From Fimbriosthenelais zetlandica (Eukaryota), in contig OZ365116.1 in NCBI GenBank assembly GCA_977030845.1, forward strand, positions 19,778,001 through 19,842,000: a stretch of DNA of 64,000 nt. The letters are read 5' to 3'. Positions 27,571 through 39,351 of the stretch are shown here, piece by piece. How positions within the stretch are numbered: position 1 is the stretch's first letter; each line of letters opens with the position of its first letter. The notes beneath the pieces were generated by a model. It worked only from the letters and a program-made list of their open reading frames with translations. It was not told the DNA's origin and made no database searches. The position numbers were made by a program, and so were the translations under genes.

Positions 27571-27636
27571 TCTCGCACCGTCTCGACAGATCTCGCGTCG
27601 TCTCGCCTCTACGTCACGTGATTACAAATGGCGCGG
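27571..27636. promoter_or_regulatory. CpG-rich promoter/enhancer-like module: 4x TCTCG at 10-bp spacing, GTCACGTGAT E-box, AAATGGCG YY1-like
   Basis: TCTCG at 27571, 27581, 27591 and 27601; E-box at 27613-27622; aaatggcg at 27626-27633. Confidence 0.45.
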
Positions 27637-27846
27637 AATGACCCTGAGTATCGGAATGTGATGGGAGTGTGGGTGGGACGTGAAATGATATCATGCAAGT
27701 GACAGTCAGGGTACCTCTGTTTGTTTTAATTAGGATATCCTATCAATCATAATTCAATCAGATTCATTCTGAGAATATAGTCCTTACACTTAAGAGATGC
27801 CTTGTATTTATATTCCTGAATATATTGGGAATGATCTATACGTCAA

Positions 27847-27884
27847 ACCAGAGAGACTACACCACATGGTGTAGTCTCTCTGGT
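27847..27884. repeat. Perfect inverted repeat with 18-bp arms and a 2-nt spacer
   Basis: accagagagactacacca-ca-tggtgtagtctctctggt. Confidence 0.97.
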
Positions 27885-28456
27885 CAAACCCATATTGGCC
27901 CAAGCTTATAAGGTATTTGCTAAAATATTCTTGAGTGAATTCAACTCTGGGAGGCAGCTAGGCATATTAGAAAACTACCACAGAGCCATTGGCAAAGCCC
28001 AGTATGCAGTACATGCCAAAATTCCCCTCCTTTTCTGATTACATCTTCAGTATTGATTCACAAGGACAGGACGTCCCAAAGGCTACACAAGAAAGGTTTT
28101 TTCAAGGAAAGTGAATTGGTTAAGGCAATCAGGTTGGGTGGTAGGGGAGGCTATTTTTGTTGCAGCAAGCAACTTTGTAGTCCATAAGACAACGGATAAT
28201 CCGGCTTAGTCTGTTCTGAGCTTAAATAAGGTTTATAATAGGAAGGCTGGCATGGTGTGAATGCCACAGGGGTCCCTCGTCTCCCCCGGAGCCAACCCAA
28301 GAAATGTGTGGACAGGGAATTTCATTTACATGCTACATTCATGGGTCCACACCAGGCCTAGCCCGCGGCAGGGAATAGTAGTAGTATACGGAATAGGCCA
28401 ATGTGCCTGGTGCAATACATATAGAGAGAATACGTGTGTATGACTCATATGAGAGG

Positions 28457-28490
28457 GAATATGGGGAAATGAAAGAATATGAGGAAATGA
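28457..28490. repeat. 18-bp-period duplication gaatatgRggaaatga x2
   Basis: Direct reading. Confidence 0.85.
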
Positions 28491-31400
28491 GTGTATGTGA
28501 GGTGGCATACATACAAGTGGGTGGGATAATGTTTATGGATGTATGCATATATGAATGCATCTTTTTGCCAACGTAAATTTTAATACACAAGTATCCACAA
28601 GCACTCCAAGGACTTATTTGCAAACTTTTTCATGAATGACTTTTGTCTTAATGCATATGGAGGTCAGGAGTGTTGAAGCGGTCATCATGCTGAATCTAGT
28701 AAAGGTTTAATGTCCTACTGTCAAGGAGGGAGCAGGACCTATTGTGACCTCCCCTCACCCGCTTCTGACCATAATTTCCGGTGCTGACGAAGGACATCAT
28801 GAATAAAATAAAACCGTGCCGGCTTTATTTGAAACCTCGGTAGATTGCGGAAGCGAAAGCATAGCTAGGGTAGGAACCAAGGTGAGGAATTCAGTCTGGT
28901 ATTCTGGGTCAAATCTCTCTGATTTGCATGAGGAAGATCATTAGCAGAAATGGTCCAAATTAGGTAAGCATTTCTGCTGTATATGACAATATGAACAGGT
29001 CTTAAAGGGCCTTCATTGGGAGCGAGCACAGAACTGTACTATTGTGGGTAGTCTGGTTCACCAGGCCCCACCACACCACCTCCCACCAGGACGGGGCTGC
29101 TCCATTGTGCCTCTTGCTGGGCTAGGAGCTGTTCCTACCACTCCTCTGAGCAGCTCTTGCTTATGGGGCCACCAGGCAAGTAGGCTCTCTCTACTGCTGC
29201 CAGTTCTCCCACTCCAGTCCCATGACTCATCCCCAGCTCCTAAACCCATACCCTCTCCCGGCACTTTTACCAGTACACCCAATATCCTTCAATTTTCATG
29301 AAACAACCTGCTTTTACCAATTCATATTTTCAGGGTAATCACCTGCCGGGAGAATTAAATCTACAAGCATTAAAGTTAATATGGTTCAGTTTTAGCTGAA
29401 TCCATGTAAAAAGTCCCTTGTTAGAGCCTAGAGCAGGTCAATGAGAGTAAAATATAGCGGGAGAGGTTACACCACTTGTTCCTAGTCCTGCCATTCGCTG
29501 TGTTAAATGATGTCTCTTTATTTGGTACAGTGTAAAGATCACTCTATACATTGGCTAGTAAATCAGCCTGATTCAGGCCAACAGCCCATCCCCGGATACA
29601 CACACATATACATCTAAACTAGCAGCCAACACTGGTGTATACAAGGCCACTGATACAAATTGAATGTGGAGACCTGCAAGAGGTAAAATCAGGGGAATCC
29701 TTTAATAAACCTCGGAAGGTTATCTTCCTTTAGAGATTTCTGTTGATAGGGTCAAACTGATGGTAAGGTATTAGAAAGATCACCTACAGTTAACCCAGGT
29801 ATAAAGTGGAGGGGAATATATCATCCGTGATTCAATCAGCATCAGGAGTAGAGACTAGGAGACATGTGACAGCCGTATCTCTCACTGGATCCTCAAATCT
29901 CGTCTGACAGCGAGACTTTCCCATTTTATGGCCATCTTTGATCCTCCTCCCACGGTGGCTGAATTTAGTGCTCCTCAAATTGGTTCCAAGATTGTGTTAC
30001 AGAGCATTTCATTGGCTCTGCTTGATATAGTATCCCTCTAGCTGCATCACACAGCAATCAATATGTACTCACGTTTTTGGAGTGCAAAGAGAGTGAGGAA
30101 AAAGTCAGATTGTATATCAAGCATCAGACGAAGCTATTCCTTGACCATTTCTCATTGAGCTTCCAACTACTTGCTCACACAGAAATCAGAAATAAATGTT
30201 TTTAATGGGCATAATATAACTTTTATTGACTGGTCTAAGTAGGATTGTTTTGATAGGGAGCAAATAAGTGCCAACTGAAAGGAAAATTGCCTCAGGCGTC
30301 ATACACGACTGTGATTGGTTGGGAAGAGATCACGTGAGCAGTGAGATTGCCATGATGGATCTTGATAGGCATTGACAGTAATAGGGGGAGCTTGTCAGTG
30401 AAAGAACATGAAAATAAAGATTAATAAAGATGGGCTATTATATGGCAAGAATGGAAGAACTGATATTGCTACATATTCAATATCTGTAAAGTAACTAATA
30501 TGGGTTTGAATAGCTATTTTGGGGAGAAATATTTCATGTATGTCACACCTGTGTACCCTATAAGTTGCAGACATTCTGCCGTTTTTAATTAATATTTTCC
30601 CAGGGTCCCTTGCATTCTCCCATGGTGTTGTACCAGGTGAATGCCCCATAGGCCTACTGGGACAAATTGGACGACCAATTTGGATCGCCATCATTTTGAG
30701 TCCCTACAAATGAAACATTTGGGATAAATGTTCATTACTATGGCTTGATGAAAGCCATCGATAAAGAGGCCCTATTCATGGCCCTGTTCAATGTCTTTTC
30801 AGTGAGGTAGTTTATGGAGACTTTATGGCATCATGCTGACCAGGTCCAGGGTCACGTGCCTCAGGGCATTCTCATGCCATCACCTCATCTTCCTCTCAGC
30901 CAGGATTTCAACCTCAAAGGATAGTGGTACAGAATAAGCGTTTAAAAATTAAATTCCATATTTAAGCCTTGATTGCACTGGGATATGTGGCTAGGCAGAG
31001 GCTAAGCAGATTCAATGATCATTGATGTTTTAGTCTCAGATTTGGTTTATAGTATTATACTATGGGATGTATTGACTTCCTATAAAAGCCAGAGGGCCGA
31101 GGTTGACCTGGAGTGTTAACAGTTTCCCCAGAGACCAAAATCTGTCTAAGCCAAGCAGCAGGGCAAGAAAGGGGACTGGAGGGCTGATGGGAGTTATTGC
31201 TGGTGTGAGGTGAAATATTGACATGATTTATGAGTCCTTTCACCAACACTCAGATATAAGGGATGAGTCGAAAAAAGGTCAGAGAAGGTGAGAGTTGAGG
31301 CAAACAACCAATTACAGATGCTCGCCCAACTCATCCTGGAGGTGTCTGAAAAAAACCCTGAGCAACGAGCAATCTAGAAGGAAATGGAAGGCACTGGTAA

Positions 31401-34042
31401 TGGTTGAACTGGCAGAACAAAAACAGTAGTGATGATGGCAAGAACACTTAGCAACGCGATCAATTCGTTATAAAATTCAGGGAGAAGGAGAAATGAGAGA
31501 GAAGGAGAGATGAGGGAAAAGACATGCAATAAACAGATGTCAGAGGCTGGGATACAGGCCCTATTGGCGGCGTCAGGAAGCAGATCTCAGATTGATGAGA
31601 TTCTTGTATGATCCAAGCCTCAGCGATCGATGTCAGAATACATGTGGTTGAGACGAGTCAGAGGAGCAGGGGACGGGCAGACATGGGCATCTCACAATAT
31701 CAAGTTTTGATTGGTATACAAATGTCTGTGTTTGCTAACATGTGGGTATGTTACTAAGTGAGTTCCTTTTGGAACCACCATGGGCTGCAAAATCATACGC
31801 AGAATAGCTTATATCATTAATAGGATATATATCATTAGTTTCTATGAATTTTTAAATTAAACATCATGAATCTATTATCTCAATTAAATGTAAAAATCAA
31901 TTATAAGTATTTATGTTTGATTCAAGCCCCTTGTATTAATTAGAAGTCTAGGCCCTTCAGAGACGAAGTGAGAACACGCACACAATCACTAATTACCATC
32001 TACATCTATAAGAGACCGGTGGGAATACTAATTAATCAAAGTATTATATGGGCATGACATTAACATCTCCACTACACAGACCTCTAATGACTTATATATG
32101 CGGGGATTACATTTAATTAGGGACTGTATGTCTAGAGGTAGAGTAGGCGAGGAATGAACGATGTAGGGTACGTAAGCCAAATGACTACCAATTCATATAC
32201 TGAGTTCGATATAAGATCTACAGAGTTCTAGAGCAGTTCACTTTGCACTCGTTTCACCTCCAAGAACTGCACTATAATCCAAGAAGTCATCAATGAAGCA
32301 GGAGACCTGGAACTAAGGTCCATCAATGACCAACCTCTGGTCCAGGGATGACCAGGGTTCATACGTCTCCCAGGAGATGCATATAAAAACCCTCAATATG
32401 ATTGAGAGGGTTATAAACATTCAAGAAAACAGGAAAAGTTAATAGAATATTCAGGAGAAAACCAATTATTCTAGGTCCCAGAGAGCCTTATCAAGGTTCG
32501 TACTTTAGAACCCAGAGTTATAGTATGATCTAAAGGCTCATAATTTAAAAGAATACAAGTTTTGAAGGGTCAGCTGTCTTCTACTAATTCTATTAATATG
32601 GGGTGCACTACAGATCAATCTTATGCATTAAGAGCTGTGGTCGTTTCCCCAAACTCTTGCCAAGTTGATCAATGTTAACTGAAGCATACTCAAGCTCAAA
32701 CAAGAGAGAAAACTGGCAGAACCAAAAGAGCACCAGTGCACCTCATCACCCTTGACAAAACTATCTCTGAAGGAGGAGGAGGAACAAGTACACTGTCACC
32801 CTACCTTCAGGAGCAGCTCTCTGAGGCCTGAGTCAATCCTCCCACTTAAATACTACTTCTTTGGTGCTTCTTCATTCAACAAAGGTAAAATCCACGCGAG
32901 TCCAAGAGGGTCCAGTGGTGCAAACTGGTGCTCACTTTGTCCAGGGTACAATTAATCCTGTGAATGGGGATGTTTTGGTAGCCAGTGTGGGGCTTCTTTG
33001 TATGTACTGGGATTGTTTGGGGCTGTGGTTTTGTGTCTGCCCCTGTATTAGCAATAGCAGAATAAGCAGTTGATACGGTGGTGTTCACCCGCTGACGGCG
33101 AGTTGCAAATGGGAACATCGATACCCGACCAGCCAGTAGACGAGGGGAGAGATGGAGAAGGAGGGAAGGAAGGGGTGGGGGGGATAGTAGGCACGGGGGG
33201 GGATGGCTGGGTGGTAGGAGGAGGGGGGTTGAGGCACTCGATGGTGCTGCTGCATTGACTCAGCATTTGCTGGTTGGTGAAAGAGGCCAGTTTGTACAGT
33301 AGAGTTTGAGCGATGGGAGGGGAAGCAATCCACAGTTTCCTCCAATCCAATCCCTTTTTCTCCCTCATTCCTGCTTCTACAGTGAACCGTCGCTTATTAT
33401 AGGGGAAAGCAACAGCAGTCCATTTATGCAAACGATAAATAATGCACAACAAAAATCATGGGAAAAGAGGCATTCAAATTGTCTGAAAAAGTGTAGTGGC
33501 TGTAATTAGGGGAGGAATTGTGCGGAGGTGAAGAGGCAGGGTGGGCAGGCAGAGTGATAAGAGCACGTACATGACCTTTTCCCATGGAAGCCAGAAACGA
33601 AAATGAGTCAATTTTAAAAAATCGTCTCTCTCTTTCCCTTCTCGCTATCTGCTGAATTCATCAGAATGGCAGATGGCATGGCAGGCAAAGCCCAGAGCTG
33701 GGCGGGCAACAGGAAAAATGCAAAGTTGCAATCGCCTTATGCAATTGTGCCCAAATTGGAAATGTCAATTTTGGAGCTTTTTTCAAATTGTGCAAACAGG
33801 AAAGCAAGAATTCATGTATTCATGAACACAGTATGCACAGTCTAGTATGGACCTAGATTTTTTTAATGTATTATGAAAATATTTCAACAATTATTTCACC
33901 AAATGAGCGTTCATAAAGTCTAATGGGAAGGAATCTGGAGGCACCACAGAGCTTTGTGGACTATAAACTCTAGTTAAGACTACCGGTGGAATAAGTCACA
34001 TCTCGGGCGTGGTGTTGGACCTCTCGCTCTATCTCCACTTAC

Positions 34043-34062
34043 CCATCACACTCATTCCACAT
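34043..34062 (-). CDS. Candidate alternative first coding exon MWNECD(G)
   Basis: ATG TGG AAT GAG TGT GAT GG|gtaagt; the phase 2 end fits the 17001 acceptor. Very short, so it could be chance. Confidence 0.25.
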
Positions 34063-36491
34063 GCAGGGCGAGGCGAGGTCTTGTTAGACAGCTCATATGT
34101 CTCTATTTTTCGGTCCCAACTAATTCTTTTTTTTAAGGCAGGAAACACATAGGGCCCAGGGCCAGCAGAAAAGCCTTAGCTGAGAAGCAACTCTGCAGTC
34201 TATGAAAAGACCATTGCTTTTTAGATGCATGAGGACATTCATATGATATTTGGCTTTTGTAGGAATGGTCGGAAATGAACTCACTGAAAACTGAAATGAT
34301 GTACTATCTCCTTTATTATAGGAGGAAAAGATGTACCGTATATTTACCATTAAATGCCACATATGAACAGTGAACCAGCTCAATGACATTCTTGTTACTA
34401 TGAGTTATGGAGGTTATTCACACAAATTGTGACAGGAACTATGAAGGCTTGCCGGCTGAACAATAGACAGTTATAGGAAATGCCATGCTTGTTAAAGTGA
34501 AGACTATAACTGGAGGGTATACGGCATCATAAAGGCCAGTAATGGCATAAAACACATCGAGCAAATTTATTCCACGGGAAAGCTCCCTTTGCAGATCCCA
34601 ATATCATCAAAGAGACTACATTTTTAATGGGGAAAGACAACATCTCTCAACACATGTAGCATTAGTGTTTTTTTTCTGAATAGATGCTTCGGAGGATGTG
34701 AGGGAAGAGGACAGCCACAGCGTCTCCTGACAGAGAAACATTCAGTGTCAGAACCTCTACATATTGTAAGGAGTTGTAACAGAAAGAATGGCTCGACCCT
34801 GACCCCAGACAGAATAGGCAACTAAAGAACTGCCTGTATGCACGAAGTACGTATGGAAATTGTGCATGGAAACACGCTATTCAAAACCATGCATCCTCTC
34901 CAACTTTCCCCTTCTTCCCTTTTCCCCACCCCTCCCCTTCACTCCATCTATTTCTCCCTGCCTTAATAGAATTCCTCAATGCAGAAGCATGGATATATTA
35001 CAGTTGGATTTGTAGAGGGGAATACGATACATGAAGTCCCCTTTACTCCTCCTCCTTATTCTCATCCTCATTCACCATTACCCCAAGCCTTCCCTTACAA
35101 TACACTCCATAATTCAACAGGTCCATCATAGCCTAGGGGGCAGCAGCCATGGATAGGCCCCACTAGAATCTGGATTAGACTTGCACTCTCTTTATCACCA
35201 ATTATCACTGCGCCCCAAAATGCATTGATCAGTCTAATTGGAAGACCTTCTAATAGGAAATGACTCTGTGATGAGATTATGAGAGGGGGTCCTTTCACAA
35301 ATTATGTGACCTACATGCATGCTGTGTACTCCTCACTCACATGACTGGTGATTATGATTATAAGACGTGCTCAGACAAAGGATCAGATCCACAGCACAAC
35401 ATTGGCCAGGTGAAGTCTGAGACGGTCATTTAGTAAGCATTGCAAGGGTGGATCAAAGGAGATGAGAGAAGGGGTGAAATATAGGGGTGTCAAAGAGAGG
35501 GAAGGGATGGAAGGGAAAGGACAACAGAAGAGAGGATACAGGAATGACCTCCCAACCTAAGGACATCACAACAGTGCATTAATTCAGACCTGGATGGGGG
35601 AGGTACCCCAGGGTATTTATATAAACCCTTCTGGGGGGAATTTACAGCATATTACAGTAATGTGGTGACCCTGGCAAGTGTCATACACTTACAGGCTCCA
35701 CACCCACATCCAAACCTACACAGGAATCTATTCCCCTGTGTGCTAAGAAGGCCTACAGGAGGTCCATATGGAAAAGGCAGTCCAGGGGTATGAGAGACAG
35801 ATCTTTATATATCCCTCAGAAGACTTTATCTCATCCACCTCTGTACTACACACTATATCTATACCCCTGTATGAGTTTGAATGCTACCCCTGATCGATGC
35901 TCAATGAGGTACATTTGATCACACAAGAGTTGAGTAGCAGGCATGTCATGGTGCCTGCATTGTCATGACAATTCTCATTGCTGGCCATTACGTAATGTTA
36001 GTACGGATCAAACACACTCCATGTACTCCATCTCTGCCACGAATGAGAACGAATCAACATTGGGTTCACAAATAGGCAAAACCTTTGTGAGCAATATAAC
36101 CCTCTTGGTCCATTTCATAATCTGATCGTGGGAAACCACATGCATGAAAAATATGGTCTCAAGTGGCCCCAGATTAATGTGGAATTGGTTTTTTTTATCA
36201 GATCATGATCAAGATCAATGACATAACACATTATGAGTGTATATGAATGGGTAAAGTTTGGACTTTTCCACAGAAAATCATCAAAAATTATTTCGTGTCT
36301 GGCTGGAGTTATTTTGGCTGGAAAAGGCAGAGCTTTGGAGAGGCTGAACTATTTATAGACCTGTATTTAAATAGCAGCAGGGACAGGGATGGCAGGAGGC
36401 CGGGTATAGAGGAGAGCTCTGTGTGTGTTTAATTATAAATCCTACCTTTAAGTGACGAGCTGCTCAGAGGTATCAGTGAAATGGATCAAAG

Positions 36492-36530
36492 ACTCACCTG
36501 TCAAAAGGGAAGAGGATCAAGGGGGTAAGA
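36492..36530 (-). other. Candidate recursive splice site (juxtaposed 3'/5' splice site)
   Basis: tcttacccccttgatcctcttcccttttgaCAG|GTGAGT; 25 of the 30 nt before CAG are pyrimidines. Confidence 0.4.
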
Positions 36531-38599
36531 CTGGGTGCATCACACTGATTGGGGATGAACAGGTGGGGGCATCCGGGTGCAATGCCTACCATGGCTGATT
36601 GGGGGAGAGGCGATCAAAGAGTCCCACAGATACATAATATGATTATCATATAATATGATAAATACCATCCTAGAGGGCTCAATCATTCGTCATTATTCAA
36701 AAGCCGGTCCAATCAATCTACTTCTGATTTAAAAGCTTTGTTCAGACCCATTAAGGCTGTGGTCCAAATGGACAGGAACCAATTGAGTGAGTTAAAACCA
36801 CGCGAAAAATTGTTTCATTATAGTTCTGGGAGGAGAGGGGATGGTCTAGCGGGCCAGTGATTGATAGTGTAGCAGAGTGGCTGTATATATGCCTCTTGTG
36901 GCTTACATGCAAAACCTGTTGGTGGACCTATGTGGGGGCTCCAGGTCTGTATGGATTTGTTCAGACCACTCAGCACAGCAAACTGGACCAGATTGTAATG
37001 GTGAATACCGTATTATCAGGTCTGAGAGCCAGTTTAACATAAACATAATCAAAAATATTTGTCTTTGGACTTGGCTCAGAGTTAAGACATTGCCCTATAC
37101 CCCTATATTCTCATATAACCCATATACATGGCTTTTTTATATGTTGGTAAACTGTAATCGCTTGCTGCAAAGTAGGTGAGCTTGAACATGGATCAAGTCT
37201 GCATCAGTGCAGTGGGGAGAAAAACATACTAAACCCAAAGGGAGTATGTATACTGATGTAGGAAGAGTGGCTCGGTGCAGTGGGAAGAGCTCCTTGTTCC
37301 CTTAGGGATAAGCCTGTAACACAGCTCCCGGGTAGCGCCCATTAAGCCGTGTATGTGTATGTTAATAGAAATGTATCATTCATAGTGTATTTTATGACAT
37401 TATTCGCCTGGTCGAGTAGGCTGCTTATCGCATATACAGCAGCAGGGAGTCGGGGGAGGTGTGACACTCATGGTTATACGATGGGTAGAAAGGAGCAGTT
37501 GATGCACCCAGGGAATATTTAAACCATGCATCTATATATAGTTCCATGTGTTAATGGGTACCCTTGGTTAAAACGTTTTAGTTAAATCCATTATATCATG
37601 GCACTTAGTATACCTTTCCTATGGTGACTCCACAGTTTCCACTAACACATCTCAACATACAACTTGAAAGTCATTTTGAGAATACTTTCATATGTATCCA
37701 TCAGTCACCATCTTTTGAATAATTCATAAGGGCGCCTAATAAGGGCATTTATAAATGATGTTGGTAACTTTAGAATTGGCCAAAGAAATGCGCCTCTTCA
37801 CCTGACCCAGCTTGGCTGGGTGAGTCCAGGCTGGGATTAGAGTTTCAGCCTCACAGGCTTTAGTGTAGAATTAGCCCTGACTTAGCTTTAAACCTCTGAT
37901 ATGGCCCTTGAGGTAAGCAATGTAGGTGTGCCAAAGCCTGACGCCTCCACCTTAAGACCAACATTTATACTTGGTGCTATCTCTACTGGAGGTCATCATG
38001 ATTGGAAGTCAAAAGTAGAGGAGATACCGTAAAAGGTCTAAATACCAGCGGTCAGCTAATAAGGAGTGGGTGTGGGATGACCTTTTTGATGGGGATTGGG
38101 CAAAAAATCCTCCAGCATGAAATTGGGCAGAGGCAATGCTTTAACACTTCACCGGCGTTAAGGCTATTAGGATAAGAACTCCCAATGTGTGTCAAAGTCA
38201 TTTTTAATTATTTTAAATCACACCAGAGTTAAGGGGAGACTGTTTTTGGCAGCCATGACCTCCAAATCCACCGCCTCATCATGCACTGAGTGAAAGGTTG
38301 TTTATCACCTCCAGCTTAGGGGAATTCCACTTCCTCAATCCCCCCGGGGCTTCACCTGTTTCTTCATTAGCCTGCATGGCCTACCCTTCCTCCCACAACA
38401 ACCAGTTTACATGTATGGCCCACTTGTCTAATGACCTATTTAGTCTGACCTATATTTGAAAAGGCCAGCAACATGCAGCAGCCAATCACATGACATGTTA
38501 TTGATCATGTGACTTGGAGGAATCCTTCTCCTCCTGTTCCTTCATCTCCAGTGGGTGGTCAATATTGGATGTCTGTCTGTCTTGACACAAGGTGAGCAA

Positions 38600-38630
38600 T
38601 CAAGGTCAAACCAAGGTTAATCCAAGGTCA
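38600..38630. promoter_or_regulatory. Three nuclear-receptor half-sites at DR5 spacing (AGGTCA-5-AGGTTA-5-AGGTCA)
   Basis: Half-sites at 38603, 38614 and 38625; includes TCAAGGTCA and CCAAGGTCA monomer sites. Confidence 0.35.
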
Positions 38631-38973
38631 TGTGACATGGCGGATATTGACCACATCCGTCTTGTGACATATCGAATTATATGCTACAATTTTTACCAAT
38701 ATTGCTGGGGGTATATGGATCTCATCATTTGGTGGCTGGTTCTTGTAAAATGCTCATTTCATCAAGACTTTAAAAGCCAAGCGCAAATTTAATACAAGCT
38801 GTGTGAAAAGTATGCAATCAAGTTAATCAAATGAATACCATGGAGGACATACATCCACTCTGACCACTTGAGCTGTCGCCTCCACACCTCTCTCTCCTCC
38901 AGTAGGTCAGCCAGGAGAGCCGAGTCACCACTCTCTCAGGTGATGGAGTACTGGTAGCCAACCACTTTACCTT

Positions 38974-38987
38974 GTTACCATGGAAAC
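38974..38987. promoter_or_regulatory. RFX X-box GTTACCATGGAAAC
   Basis: Exact match to the X-box consensus. Confidence 0.45.
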
Positions 38988-39176
38988 AGCCCAGGAGCCA
39001 CCAGCCTCTCACTTCCTCTATATATGGCATGACTCACCAGATTCTCACATATATATGGCTCTGGATCTACGCTTAAAATATTTTACTCAGACTGCAATAA
39101 TGGGTTGGAAGACAAGGTCATAGCCTCAGCGCATGCAGCATGTGAGCCCCTCAAATCTCACAACTCCCCTTTCAAA

Positions 39177-39186
39177 TCTCGCGAGA
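39177..39186. promoter_or_regulatory. TCTCGCGAGA palindrome (BANP/ZBTB33-type promoter motif)
   Basis: Exact 10-bp match, with NRF1-like GCGCATGC about 45 bp to its left. Confidence 0.35.
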
Positions 39187-39326
39187 CTGGCTTCCTTTTG
39201 TAATGGCAATGTCATGTCTCCAGTAAGCCAGTACTGGTCTGTAATTCATGCCATAACGACCTCCAGGTCCCGGCAAATCTCTGACCTCCACTAGGTGATT
39301 GTGTGCTTAGACATTATCACAAAGCA

Positions 39327-39351
39327 TGACCTCAAGGTCAGGATGGGTTCA
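39327..39351. promoter_or_regulatory. Consensus DR5 element AGGTCA-ggatg-GGTTCA overlapping an everted repeat TGACCT-ca-AGGTCA
   Basis: Exact RG(G/T)TCA-N5-RG(G/T)TCA at 39335-39351. Confidence 0.4.

Noticed and set aside
37263-37345. tRNA/SINE-like A-box (ggtgcagtgg) and degenerate B-box
   Set aside because: No cloverleaf, poor B-box and no second copy seen.
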